DNA of 64,000 nucleotides from Abditibacteriaceae bacterium (GTDB lineage Bacteria > Armatimonadota > Abditibacteriia > Abditibacteriales > Abditibacteriaceae): contig OZ255721.1 in the NCBI GenBank assembly GCA_965277285.1, positions 3,008,001 through 3,072,000 of the forward strand. Direction: 5' to 3'. This document shows positions 1-9,480 of the stretch, piece by piece (position 1 is the first letter of the stretch; each line of letters begins with the position of its first letter). Below the pieces are notes generated by a model that saw nothing but the letters and a program-made list of their open reading frames with translations, was not told where the DNA came from and ran no database searches. Both the position numbers and the translations under genes were made by a program.

Positions 1-134
1 AAGCTCAGTTGATCGTCGCTGGCATCGCGCAGCATTTTGTACTGCGCCCCGTTTCCGGTGTCGAAGTGCGTTCCAACGCCGTCATTTCGTTGTGGCCTTC
101 GCACAACCTGCCGATGACATTGCATCCTCGATAA
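1..134 (+). CDS. C-terminal fragment of a probable cytochrome P450 (runs off the window start)
   Basis: Frame from nt 3 reads AQLIVAGIAQHFVLRPVSGVEVRSNAVISLWPSHNLPMTLHPR*, resembling the L-helix and terminal strands of P450s. The heme Cys would lie outside the window. Confidence 0.6.
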   Translation, partial: AQLIVAGIAQHFVLRPVSGVEVRSNAVISLWPSHNLPMTLHPR

Positions 135-153
135 GTGTCGCCGCGTTGACGAG

Positions 154-1083
154 GTGCTCAACTCATTAAAACTTGGATGGTATTTTGTGACTGCGACCGA
201 AGCAACAACTCCTCAAGATTTTCGGGAAATCGAGTTTTCTCCCTTGCGCCAGCGCGTGGAGGCGCATCACAAGGCGCTACCCAAGGGCTTCGGTTTCTGC
301 GGCATTGTCACTTGCGACATCGAAAAATATGAAGAGTTCGTGCAACGTTGCCGCGACGCGCGTTGCCGCCCACCCAGTTTGTACGCTTACTTTGCGCGTT
401 GCTTGGGTGTGCTGTTGGCGTCGCAACCCGAGCTTTTAGCGGTACGCATCAAAGGAAAGCTGCTCATTCCCAGCCGCGTGGATGCGTTGGTTGCGGTGGA
501 AATGGGCGCTTACGACGGTTCACGGGCGGTTGCGGTGCTTCACTTCGCGGACTTGGGTGGGCGCCCGCTGAACGACATCGCGGAAGAAATGAAGGTGCGG
601 TTGCGTCATGCCAAACGAACCACGGTGCAATTGCCCGCGGAACGTCGGCGTTTCGTGCCGTTGTGGGCGCCGGACTGGTGGAGCCGCTCCGTGGCAACAA
701 TCCGTGATCGTCGGCCTGTGGCACAACGCGAATATGCCATGAAGAACGCGTGCGTTCAAATTTCCTCGACAACGCAATGGATGAATGGAAAAGGCGGCTG
801 GGGCGTGCAATTGTATACTCCGATGGCGCTCAGCGTTACTTTATCCGGCTCTTCGCGGCGCCCTGTAGCGACCGATAAGGGCGAAGTTGCAGTGCATTCA
901 TGCTTGGATGTGGCGCTTAATTTCAATCACATCATTGTTGATGGAGCGCCCGCGACACGCTTTATTGCAGCGTTCATCGAAGAAGTCGAGAGCGGGCGAC
1001 TGCTCAATGAGTATCTGATTGAGCCGCGAAAACTGCGTCCTCATCAACTGCGACAGGAAAGGACAACGAGTGACGACATCTGA
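154..1083 (+). CDS. Stand-alone 2-oxoacid dehydrogenase E2-like acyltransferase catalytic-domain protein, paralog 1
   Basis: C-terminal LNFNHIIVDGAPATRF carries the HxxxDG motif; no lipoyl domain; start uncertain. Confidence 0.75.
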   Translation: MLNSLKLGWYFVTATEATTPQDFREIEFSPLRQRVEAHHKALPKGFGFCGIVTCDIEKYEEFVQRCRDARCRPPSLYAYFARCLGVLLASQPELLAVRIKGKLLIPSRVDALVAVEMGAYDGSRAVAVLHFADLGGRPLNDIAEEMKVRLRHAKRTTVQLPAERRRFVPLWAPDWWSRSVATIRDRRPVAQREYAMKNACVQISSTTQWMNGKGGWGVQLYTPMALSVTLSGSSRRPVATDKGEVAVHSCLDVALNFNHIIVDGAPATRFIAAFIEEVESGRLLNEYLIEPRKLRPHQLRQERTTSDDI

Positions 1084-1159
1084 AACAACGGCAGGACGAC
1101 AATGGATGAGCAATGAACCCTGATGTCCTGCAGTTCTGCTAATCCAGCCGCTAATTTCA

Positions 1160-2194
1160 ATGGTTTCAGTACTCGATCGATATGCCATCTCAAGAAAACA
1201 ACACAGTGGAACAGCACAATATCACGCCGGAATTTTTCGTGTCATACCGTTGTCACCGGTGCGCCGCATTGTGCAAAACCACTTGAGGTCTGCGGCGCGA
1301 ACGCAAGGTTTTGCGATTTTGGCGTCGTTCGATGTGGAGCGATACACCGTTTTTGTCGAATTGTGTCGCGCGCAAAGAGTACGCCCGCCCAGCCTGACGG
1401 CTTACATTGCGCGTTGTCTGGGCGTGGTTTTGGAGCAGAACCTTGAGATGTTGGCGGTTCAGCGAGGGCATCAATTGTTGGTGCCACGTCAAGTGAATGT
1501 GCTGGTTGTCGTGGAAGGCTTATCTGCGGAAGAAGAAAAGATGCCAGCCTTCTTTCTATCCAGCAATGTCGGGCAGCGGCGCTTGGACGACATCGCACTT
1601 GAAATCACGAAATCTGTCCGCGAAATGAAAAGACAGCGCATTGTGGTTCCGCATTCGCGCTTTTTCTCGCACCATTCGCCTGAATGGTGGCAACGCATAG
1701 GCCGTGTGGTAAAAGACCGGCGTGGACGGATGCAAACAGAACGTCTTGCGGCTGAAATGTGCGTCCGGCTTTCTTCGACAACGCCGTGGGTGCAGGGACA
1801 CAGAGCCTGGGGCGTACCTCTCTATGTCACGACAGCGTTGAATGTGATGATGGGGAGTTTATCGAAGCGCGCTCTGGTCGTGAACGACGAAATTGTAGCG
1901 CGCACCTGCCTGGACATCGCGCTGAACTTCGATCACGAAATCACCGATGGCGCTCCGGCCACGCGCTTCCTCGCGGCCTTCATCGAAGAAGTCGAGAGCG
2001 GACGCTTGCTCAGCGAATACCCGATTGTGCCTCGACCTTCATCCAAAACGTCATCCTCTGCCGATTCCGATAGCGGCATTCAGTCCGATAGCGGCATTCA
2101 GCACGATGTTCTGGTCGACTCGCAAGTTTCGCCCGAACTTGAAACCGAGCAGTCGTTCGCCCGGGAACACGATCCAAGCAACAGCGTTTCGTAA
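1160..2194 (+). CDS. Stand-alone E2-like acyltransferase catalytic-domain protein, paralog 2
   Basis: LNFDHEITDGAPATRFLAAFIEEVESGRLL, near-identical to paralog 1; low-complexity C-terminal tail. Confidence 0.75.
   Translation: MVSVLDRYAISRKQHSGTAQYHAGIFRVIPLSPVRRIVQNHLRSAARTQGFAILASFDVERYTVFVELCRAQRVRPPSLTAYIARCLGVVLEQNLEMLAVQRGHQLLVPRQVNVLVVVEGLSAEEEKMPAFFLSSNVGQRRLDDIALEITKSVREMKRQRIVVPHSRFFSHHSPEWWQRIGRVVKDRRGRMQTERLAAEMCVRLSSTTPWVQGHRAWGVPLYVTTALNVMMGSLSKRALVVNDEIVARTCLDIALNFDHEITDGAPATRFLAAFIEEVESGRLLSEYPIVPRPSSKTSSSADSDSGIQSDSGIQHDVLVDSQVSPELETEQSFAREHDPSNSVS
2066..2101 (+). repeat. 18-bp tandem duplication (TCCGATAGCGGCATTCAG x2; DSGIQ repeated in the protein)
   Basis: Read directly. 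Confidence 0.9.
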
Positions 2195-2348
2195 ATCGAG
2201 CTTTTGATAAAACGTTGATGAAACGTTGTGGAGAAAGGTCTCAAAGCGTGTTGGAGCCGTTGCACGCCGGACGCGTCTGACGCGACACTGAAGCACAATC
2301 GAGTACTCGGATCTCCGATTTTAATCTCCGCAAAGGCTCTCCTAATTT

Positions 2349-3128
2349 ATGTATTCTCCCTACGATTTCAACCAATCTATTGCGCACCGCGCCGAATACG
2401 TCGAAGAACGCTTGAAAGGCGGCGCGCCCGTCGTCGGCTTGAGCTACGACAAAGGCATTTTGCTCTTCACCGTGAAAAGGACGCAACGCAAGGTTTTCGA
2501 GGTTTACGACAAGCTGATGTATTCGGCGATTGGCAATCAGGCCGACGTGGAAGCGGTTCGCCTGGCCGCCATTGATTTCGCGCACCAGGAAGGTTTCGCG
2601 CGCTCGCCAGACGATGTTTCGATTCAGCGCATGGTCGGTTTCGCCATTTCGCCGCCGCTCAAGCGTTCCTTCGGCGATGCTTATAACACGCCGAACGTTT
2701 TGCGCGCGCTCTTCGCCGAAATCGGCAACACTCCGCAAAAAGACAGCTTTTTCGTGCTAAATTACGACGGCGAATTCACGACGCACGCGCTTTTCGCGGT
2801 CGTTGCGGGCAGCGAAGCGGCAGAAGACGCGATGATCAAAAAGTTGGAAGAATACAGCGACGTCCCCGATCTCGCCACGGCTTTGCAACGCGTTAAAGAA
2901 GTCTGGCGCATCGGCAGCTTGGACACTTCGCGCGACGATGACGAAGACGACGAAAAAACCGAATCGAGTACTCGAAGCGAAGAAAGTTCTCGAAAGGACG
3001 AAAAAGAAGTCGATGCGCTGACCGAAGCCTTGAAGCACGGTCATCTGGAAGCCGGTGTTTTGGAGCGCGACACGCCGCGCGAAAGCAAGTTTCGCTTGCT
3101 GAAAGCGGAAGAAATTAACCACGGATAA
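2349..3128 (+). CDS. prcA: 20S proteasome alpha subunit
   Basis: PVVGLSYDKGILL, RKVFEVYDKLMYSAIGNQADVEAVRLAAID, RSPDDVS, LNYDGEF and LEAGVLER...KFRLL resemble actinobacterial PrcA; upstream of pafA. Confidence 0.9.
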   Translation: MYSPYDFNQSIAHRAEYVEERLKGGAPVVGLSYDKGILLFTVKRTQRKVFEVYDKLMYSAIGNQADVEAVRLAAIDFAHQEGFARSPDDVSIQRMVGFAISPPLKRSFGDAYNTPNVLRALFAEIGNTPQKDSFFVLNYDGEFTTHALFAVVAGSEAAEDAMIKKLEEYSDVPDLATALQRVKEVWRIGSLDTSRDDDEDDEKTESSTRSEESSRKDEKEVDALTEALKHGHLEAGVLERDTPRESKFRLLKAEEINHG

Positions 3129-3516
3129 ACACAGACAGATGGACACAGATGAAATCAATGTTGTAACGTTTTAGGTGCTGGTTTTTTGGAGAAGGTTTAC
3201 GAAAACGCGCTGGTAGTCGAATTGCGGCGGAGTGGATTGCAAGCATTGCCGCAACAAACCCTGCAAGTGCGCTATCTCGGGATTGTCGTTGGAGACTATT
3301 GCGCAGATATTGTCGTCAACGGCTTGGTGCTGTTGGAACTGAAAGCCAGCAAAACCATTGACGAAAATCACCTGTGCAATTGTTGAATTAATTGAAAGCG
3401 ACCGACCTAAAGGTCGGACTTATCCTGAACTTCGGAACTCCACGCTTGGGCATCAAACGCATGATCCTCTAAACTCTTCTGAAGCCATCCGTGTTCATCT
3501 GTGTTTATCCGTGGTT
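3117..3516. mobile_element. Element bounded by ~30-bp inverted repeats (3117-3150 / 3487-3516) enclosing the GxxExxY pseudogene
   Basis: AACCACGGATAAACACAGA(CAGA)TGGACACAGAT ... ATCCGTGTTCATCTGTGTTTATCCGTGGTT. Confidence 0.65.
3140..3471 (+). pseudogene. Degraded GxxExxY protein gene
   Basis: LGAGFLEKVYENALVVEL...VGDYCADIVVNGLVLLELKA, then a frameshift near 3375 and TAA in place of Tyr in QLLN*LKATDLKVGLILNFGTPRLGIKRMIL; the N-terminus appears truncated. Confidence 0.85.
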
Positions 3517-3530
3517 CACCAAAGGACGTT

Positions 3531-5036
3531 ATGGAACAGCGCATTGTTGGAATCGAAACCGAGTTCGGCTGTTTTGTCGAAACCGACAGCAAAGGCCGTG
3601 GCGTTGGTAGCGCCGAACGCATCGTCGAAGCCGTTAAAGATCACGCGTTTTTGCGGCGCAAGCTGGGTTTGCTCGATATGCACGCGCGCGATTACGCTTT
3701 TGAGCCAGCGCGCAGTGGCGGTTTTCTGATCAATGGCGGACGTTTGTATGTCGATGCTGTGGGAAGCCACGAAGAATATGCGACGCCCGAATGCGTGACG
3801 TGGAGCGATGCCGTCGCTTATGATCGCGCTGGTCGCGTGCTGCTTCAAGGTTTGGTCGATGATTTGGGCTTGTCCGATGATGTCGCGTTTTATGCGAACG
3901 CCATCGACCATTTTGGCGGCCACACTTTCGGTTGTCACGAAAATTATCTGGTCGATATTTCCGCCAGCGCGTTTCGTGGCAGTCTGAGTTTGTTGATGCC
4001 GTTTCTGGTGACGCGGCAGATTTTCGCGGGCGTTGGGCGCGTTGGCGGACACAAATTGAATCGCAACGATTTTCGCAAAAACGTGATGAACATCGGCGAA
4101 CACGATGTCGATACGATGTGGGTCGCCGATTTCTACGGCGTCGAACTTGATAACACAGTCGATTTCCAACTCTCGCAGCGCGCCGATCACATCGTCAATA
4201 CCGTTTCTTCACGCGTGCGTTTCAACCGCGCCATTATCAACCCGAAGCGCGATTCTTATTACGATTATTCGGATTTGCATCGCTTGCACGTCCTTTTTGG
4301 CGAGCCGAACATGAACGAATACGCGATGTGGCTCAAAGTCGCCACGACGTGCATCGTTCTGGATTTGATGGACTTGAAAGTGTTGCCCGCCGATGTGCGT
4401 CTGGACGACATTTTGGGAACGCTCAAAAGCGTGTCGCGCGACGCAACGATGAAATGGCCAGTGCGTCGCTCCAATGGCAAAAACATGAGCGCCATTGATT
4501 TGCAGCGCATTTATCTCGAAGCGGCGCAAACTTATCTCAAGGGCAAAGACGCGCAAACCGACCAAGCTTTGGTTGAATGGGAAAGCGTCTTGAACGGTTT
4601 GGAACGCGATCCGATGCAGATGGGCGACCGTTTGGATTGGGTGGCGAAAAAGTCGATGTTGCAGGATTATATGAACAGCGAAGACGTGGGCTGGAAAAAC
4701 GACGCCTTGCACTCGCTGGACATGGAGTATCACAACATCAACCCGCGCAAAAGTTTGTATTACGCGCTGCAAGAAATGGACGCCGTGCGGCGCATTTGCA
4801 CCGATGAACAAATCGAATCGAGTACTCGAAACCCGCCGCAGAACACGCGCGCCAAAGGTCGAGCCGAAGTAATTCAGGAATTGATCGCGCGCAAATCGAC
4901 GCGTTATCTCATTGATTGGGATTGGGTGCGCATCGACAAAGATCGCCATCTCGAACTGCGCAACCCGTTTCATACTTATGAAGAAGAAGCCGCCAGCTTC
5001 GTCAAAAGCGTGCGTGGCGAAAGCTCAGCTTTGTAA
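3531..5036 (+). CDS. pafA: Pup-protein ligase (PafA/Dop family, PafA-like)
   Basis: RIVGIETEFG, FLINGGRLYVDAVGSHEEYATPEC, FGCHENYLV, PFLVTRQI, SQRADHI, RLHV, LDWVAK, PPQNTRA; AAGGA RBS before ATG 3531. Confidence 0.85.
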   Translation: MEQRIVGIETEFGCFVETDSKGRGVGSAERIVEAVKDHAFLRRKLGLLDMHARDYAFEPARSGGFLINGGRLYVDAVGSHEEYATPECVTWSDAVAYDRAGRVLLQGLVDDLGLSDDVAFYANAIDHFGGHTFGCHENYLVDISASAFRGSLSLLMPFLVTRQIFAGVGRVGGHKLNRNDFRKNVMNIGEHDVDTMWVADFYGVELDNTVDFQLSQRADHIVNTVSSRVRFNRAIINPKRDSYYDYSDLHRLHVLFGEPNMNEYAMWLKVATTCIVLDLMDLKVLPADVRLDDILGTLKSVSRDATMKWPVRRSNGKNMSAIDLQRIYLEAAQTYLKGKDAQTDQALVEWESVLNGLERDPMQMGDRLDWVAKKSMLQDYMNSEDVGWKNDALHSLDMEYHNINPRKSLYYALQEMDAVRRICTDEQIESSTRNPPQNTRAKGRAEVIQELIARKSTRYLIDWDWVRIDKDRHLELRNPFHTYEEEAASFVKSVRGESSAL

Positions 5037-5069
5037 AAGCGCCTTGAAAGGCGAAGCGCGAGTGAATAA

Positions 5070-5218
5070 TAGTTTGTCCTTCTGAGCGCAGCGAAAATTC
5101 TCATAAAGGTAGATTCTTCGTTTTGCTCGAAGGTTGTCGAGAAAGTTGTGGCACTTCCTAAAACTGGCAGTTTGAAGCCTTTTTTGTTTTCTATAAACGC
5201 TTCCCGAATGACAAACTA
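5070..5218. repeat. Degenerate hairpin repeat, family A
   Basis: TAGTTTGTCCTTCTGAGCGCAGCGAAAATTC...AGATTCTTCGTTTTGCTC...GAATGACAAACTA. Confidence 0.6.
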
Positions 5219-5379
5219 TAATTTCAGTTCGTCCAATCGGGAACTTTAAGAAAATTCTCACTGTTTAATTGCTGGCGGCGCGTGACATTGTTTGTCAAGA
5301 GATGTTAAGTTAAGGGCACGGTATCATTGCGAGCCGAAGCGAAGACTCGAAAACATTCGGGAATTTCAGGAGAGACATC

Positions 5380-5832
5380 ATGAAAAGTTACTGTAACGTT
5401 GGCAAGGGTTTGTTGTTGGCGAGCATTTTGAGCAGCGCGATTTTGCCCGCGACGGCCAAAACAGCCGCGATGACAACCAAAATGAGTTCGACAAAAATGT
5501 CGTCCACCAAAATGACATCGCACAAAATGCCGATGAAGACGACGCAAATGTCGGGCACGATTTTGGGCATGACATCGCATTCGCTGACAGTGAAGCCAGC
5601 GATGCACAGCATGGGCATGAGCAAAACCGTGATGATTCCGGCTTCGGCCAAAATCATGATGGGCGCCGTTCCGACCAAGTTGTCGAAGCTGAAAGCTGGC
5701 GAAATGGTTACCATCATGATGAAAGGTGGCATGGTTTCGGGCGTGATGGTTCACGCGGCCAACAAAACCGTCAAAGGCACCATGCGCAAAACCTCGACGA
5801 AAATGACATCCAAGATGACAGTCAAGCATTGA
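5380..5832 (+). CDS. Secreted Met/Thr/Lys-rich small protein
   Basis: AGGAG RBS, signal-peptide-like N-terminus, TKMSS repeats, followed by a terminator. Confidence 0.8.
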   Translation: MKSYCNVGKGLLLASILSSAILPATAKTAAMTTKMSSTKMSSTKMTSHKMPMKTTQMSGTILGMTSHSLTVKPAMHSMGMSKTVMIPASAKIMMGAVPTKLSKLKAGEMVTIMMKGGMVSGVMVHAANKTVKGTMRKTSTKMTSKMTVKH

Positions 5833-5846
5833 TTGGTTGTCGAAGT

Positions 5847-5882
5847 AAAAAAGCGCGCTGCGAAGGTTGCAGCGTGCTTTTT
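5847..5882. terminator. Probable bidirectional intrinsic terminator
   Basis: AAAAAAGCGCGCTGC-GAAGGTT-GCAGCGTGCTTTTT between convergent genes. Confidence 0.8.
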
Positions 5883-5938
5883 CGTTTGTGCATAATTTAC
5901 TTGTGTGAATGTAATCGAGTACTCGAATTGGCAAACTT

Positions 5939-6454
5939 TTAAGGCACAAGATTGCGGTGATCCTTGCAGGCGATTCGTGGTTCGCCGTTGATTGTCACGA
6001 TAATTGGATGCTTACACAAATACTCATCTATAAATATACGGTCGTTCTCACAGCAAACCTGTGTTTTGGATAAAAAGTAAACGTGACCTTCGCGATTGCC
6101 GATGATTGTCACATGACGCTCATCATCTCTATTGGACGTTTCGTAGCTCAATCGAAAAGGCTTTTTCTCTTTGAATGCTGAGACTGCACAAGCGTCCGCC
6201 GATGCGCGTTGTTTTGCCCACAAATTGATTTCACCACAATCAATGGCGTCTGGCTTGTTGAGTTCCGTGTAAGCATCGTCCAAGCCAAGAAGTTTTGGCC
6301 TTGGTGTGGGAGCAGAAAAAGGTCTTGAAGGTATTACCGGTTCCGCTTGGGTGAAGTTGCGAACGAGTAAGCATAATGGTGTTGTCAAAGAAAGGATCAA
6401 GAGTCCCGTTAGGAATCGGTGCATGAACTGACTTTGCTGTGGAGATGACGTCAA
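5939..6454 (-). CDS. Hypothetical membrane-anchored Cys-containing protein (lower GC)
   Basis: 171-aa ORF with an N-terminal hydrophobic segment; no recognised motif. Confidence 0.6.
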   Translation of the reverse strand: MTSSPQQSQFMHRFLTGLLILSLTTPLCLLVRNFTQAEPVIPSRPFSAPTPRPKLLGLDDAYTELNKPDAIDCGEINLWAKQRASADACAVSAFKEKKPFRLSYETSNRDDERHVTIIGNREGHVYFLSKTQVCCENDRIFIDEYLCKHPIIVTINGEPRIACKDHRNLVP

Positions 6455-6616
6455 AATGAATAAGTAGTGTCAATTAAGCCTGAAGTAGGTGCACAGTTTA
6501 GTTGAACCAGCATCCGACTTATCAATTTTCTTTTTCTGGAACTTATCTTTTTCTCAACATTTGCCCGTGACGTGCGTGGTACAATCGCGTTAAATTGAAT
6601 GTCGGAGACCTTTCCG

Positions 6617-7234
6617 ATGAAAAAAGAACTGGGCCAGCCTGTCATGCTTTCCGACACCGATATTATTCTGCGCGTGCAGCGCGGCGAGCGCGAATTGTTT
6701 GGCGAGTTGCATACGCGCTATCACGACCGCATTTATCGCACTATTGGACGTTCGGTTTTCGATCCCGACATCGCGCAGGACATCGCGGGCGAAGTCTGGG
6801 TGCGCGCTTACGCCGCCGTGGATCGCTTTTCACCACGAGAAACGCACAGCGTCGCGGCCTGGCTGCTGCGTATCGCCGCGAACCTCGTTACCGATCATCG
6901 GCGTCGCTTGCCGGTGGGCGAAACCTGCGACGATTACGAAGAAAAAACGCTGCGCCTGGTGACGCCGGGAGCGGAGCGCGAAGTGTTGCGGGCTGAACAA
7001 TCGCGCGCCGTGCGTCGTGCGTTGGAAACGTTGAGCGACGGCGACCGCATGATTATTGAGATGGCACATGACAGCGATCTGAGTTGCCGCGAAATCGCCG
7101 TCGCACTTAATAAACCATCGATTTCCGCTGTCACATCGCATTTGCATCGCGCGATGCGGCACCTGAAAACTGCGCTCGAACAAAGCGGCTGGTTCGCAGA
7201 ACAACTTCCAGCGGCGCGGCGCGCACGGAATTAA
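6617..7234 (+). CDS. ECF (sigma-70 family) RNA polymerase sigma factor
   Basis: Region 2 (AQDIAGEVWVRAY...AAWLLRIAANLVTDHRR) and region 4 (LSCREIAVALNKPSISAVTSHLHRA); start uncertain. Confidence 0.9.
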   Translation: MKKELGQPVMLSDTDIILRVQRGERELFGELHTRYHDRIYRTIGRSVFDPDIAQDIAGEVWVRAYAAVDRFSPRETHSVAAWLLRIAANLVTDHRRRLPVGETCDDYEEKTLRLVTPGAEREVLRAEQSRAVRRALETLSDGDRMIIEMAHDSDLSCREIAVALNKPSISAVTSHLHRAMRHLKTALEQSGWFAEQLPAARRARN

Positions 7235-7406
7235 ATTTTGGTGGGTTTCATCTGCTGCCTATTCCGGTTCGGCATTCGAGTACTCGAACTTTGCGCCAGC
7301 ATTGATGTCACCCATTGCAGCGTATAAACGCTTTTGAGCCTTGTTGAAAATAATTTAAAGTCGCTTTTTATCGCCTTCTCGAACAAGGCGAAGTAGGTGG
7401 TGCAGC

Positions 7407-8438
7407 ATGTTTCATCGGATTCGTAATAGTAAAGGGCATTCATCGGCAAACGCGGGGCGCCAAAATGGTCAGGACGCGCGCCATGCCGATTCTCTGTGGC
7501 ATCTCATTCACACGAAGGAAAAATCCCGTTCCACGCGCTGCGTCCAGAACGTTGGACAACCAAGCGTTGTGGATGTTGTGGATCAAGAAGTTCAGGAGCT
7601 GGAAGAAATTTCGCAGCTTTTGCGTGCCGCGTGGGATGATCCTGCCGAAAAAGCGCGCTTGGAAATAGGTGCTCAAGAAGCGTTCACGCCGACGCATAAT
7701 CTCTTGATGGCGACCATCGAAAGCAATGTCACGGAGGCTCGTGAACAATTGTCGTCGCGTGCGCTTTCGCGTTTTCCTTTGTTTAAGCCGTTGTCTTTAG
7801 GCCGCAATCCGGCGTGGCGCTGGGCGTCGGTTACGGCGGTTTTGATGACGACCGCGCTGGGCAGCCATTCCATCGGTTACTACCACGCTTTGCGAGCGCT
7901 TTCCAGCCCTGCCGCGTCATCGGAAAATGCTCTGCCAAGTTCAATTATTGCCACGTCTCCCAACCTTCGTGTTTTGCCAGTGCAATCATTAGTCAACGAT
8001 TTCGATGTTTCGCTGCGCCGACAGACGCCGCTGGAATTTGTCGCTGACGAGCGCGAATCAACGCAAATGATCGGCCACAAGCTGCAAAACCAACTCGGCG
8101 TGGCGATGCACTTGCCAATTAAGCCGCGTTCAGGCGCGAAACTTTTGGGTGCGCGGCGTCATTCCGCCTGGAACCGCACCGGCGTGCAAGTGCATTATGT
8201 GAAGGATGGCGTGCGCATTGCGGTCTATCAGTTCCGCGAGCCAAGTTGTGGGATGGGCGACCTGAACGAAGTCGAGTGGAAAGGACAGTTGTTCCTCACC
8301 GGACAACGCGGCGCTTATCGCATTGTCGTGTGGCGCGAAGATGACGATGTGATGGCCATGGTTTCGCCGCTGGCCATGCGCCAACACGAATCGTTGCTGC
8401 TCGCCGAAGATATTCGTCAAACCAACGATTTCGCCTGA
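7407..8438 (+). CDS. Probable transmembrane anti-sigma factor
   Basis: Directly downstream of the ECF sigma; single TM (WASVTAVLMTTALG); C-terminal domain with LLGAR and YRIVVWRE. Confidence 0.6.
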   Translation: MFHRIRNSKGHSSANAGRQNGQDARHADSLWHLIHTKEKSRSTRCVQNVGQPSVVDVVDQEVQELEEISQLLRAAWDDPAEKARLEIGAQEAFTPTHNLLMATIESNVTEAREQLSSRALSRFPLFKPLSLGRNPAWRWASVTAVLMTTALGSHSIGYYHALRALSSPAASSENALPSSIIATSPNLRVLPVQSLVNDFDVSLRRQTPLEFVADERESTQMIGHKLQNQLGVAMHLPIKPRSGAKLLGARRHSAWNRTGVQVHYVKDGVRIAVYQFREPSCGMGDLNEVEWKGQLFLTGQRGAYRIVVWREDDDVMAMVSPLAMRQHESLLLAEDIRQTNDFA

Positions 8439-8481
8439 GCTTTACGCGATCACAACTGGACTATCGAGTACTCGATATGCG

Positions 8482-8516
8482 AACAAGCCGCGCCATGAAA
8501 AGTGGCGCGGCTTGTT
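8482..8516. terminator. Hairpin terminator between convergent genes
   Basis: AACAAGCCGCGCCA-TGAAAAG-TGGCGCGGCTTGTT. Confidence 0.75.
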
Positions 8517-8547
8517 TAGATTTTGACTTAGGAAATTAGAAAAAATG

Positions 8548-9054
8548 TTACGCCAGGAATTTGATCAGGCGCAATTGATTGCCTTGCCCACAAACGAAGC
8601 GATGCTCGATATGATCGACGAAAGTGCGAATAATATAAAGCCCCAGGCCTCGGCTGCGCTGTGTTTCGATGTATTCATCGAGTGCGATACCGGGCATGGC
8701 GTCAACTGGAAAGTTGACGGTTGAATAGTCGAGAAGCGTAATTTCCATGCGGTCAGGAAAAGTTTCGACAACGACCTCGATTTGATCGCGCAAAGGCTGC
8801 GTTTGGTAACCGTGCTCGATGATGTTGGTGCAGGCTTCCCCGACGGCCATCTCAATCTTGGCGATGTTCTCCGCATCAAAACCCAGCTTTTCTGCGGAGC
8901 CGACCACCAGGGCGCGGATCTGCGGCAATGCATCAGGCGTGCTGAGAAGCCGCAAGTGCGTTACTGCTTGCGAAGATGAACCCCAGGTGAAATCGCCAGC
9001 GTTTTGCTCTGACACGGGAATTTTCTGTTTCCTATACGGCAGTTTCGTAAGCAC
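8548..9054 (-). CDS. RsbW/SpoIIAB-like anti-sigma kinase (HATPase_c)
   Basis: IEMAVGEACTNIIEHGY, RGLGLYIIRTFVD. Confidence 0.9.
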   Translation of the reverse strand: MLTKLPYRKQKIPVSEQNAGDFTWGSSSQAVTHLRLLSTPDALPQIRALVVGSAEKLGFDAENIAKIEMAVGEACTNIIEHGYQTQPLRDQIEVVVETFPDRMEITLLDYSTVNFPVDAMPGIALDEYIETQRSRGLGLYIIRTFVDHIEHRFVCGQGNQLRLIKFLA

Positions 9055-9096
9055 GAAACGTTGTTTGCCCTTTGTCGATTGAACTCAGGCTTGGAA

Positions 9097-9480
9097 TTAA
9101 GCGGCGCCGGGCAGAAATTTCTTCATCGCTTCTTCTTCAGTCGGGTAAGTGTGAATCAAACGTGAAAAACCCAGCAAATTGAAGATGTTGGTGATTTTGT
9201 CACTCATCTTGGCGATGACTAAGTCGCCGCCATGCTGGCGAACCTGGCGAAACGTTGCCATCAGCAACCCCAATCCGGTGGAATTGATATACGTCAGCTT
9301 TTCCAGATCGAGCAGCAAATGATAGTGACCGCCCTCGACGAGCTTGGTCAATTCTTCCTCGAAATCGGTGAATGTGTGCGCGTCGACATAGCCTTCGAGG
9401 CGCAAAATCTCGACGTTCGGCGCACTGCCCGACTGCGCGTCTTTTGGAGCTGTTTCGTGATCTATTTTCAGTTCCTTCAC
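9097..9480 (-). CDS. STAS-domain anti-sigma antagonist (RsbV/SpoIIAA-like)
   Basis: LEGYVDAHT, LDLEKLTYINSTGLGLL. Confidence 0.9.
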   Translation of the reverse strand: MKELKIDHETAPKDAQSGSAPNVEILRLEGYVDAHTFTDFEEELTKLVEGGHYHLLLDLEKLTYINSTGLGLLMATFRQVRQHGGDLVIAKMSDKITNIFNLLGFSRLIHTYPTEEEAMKKFLPGAA

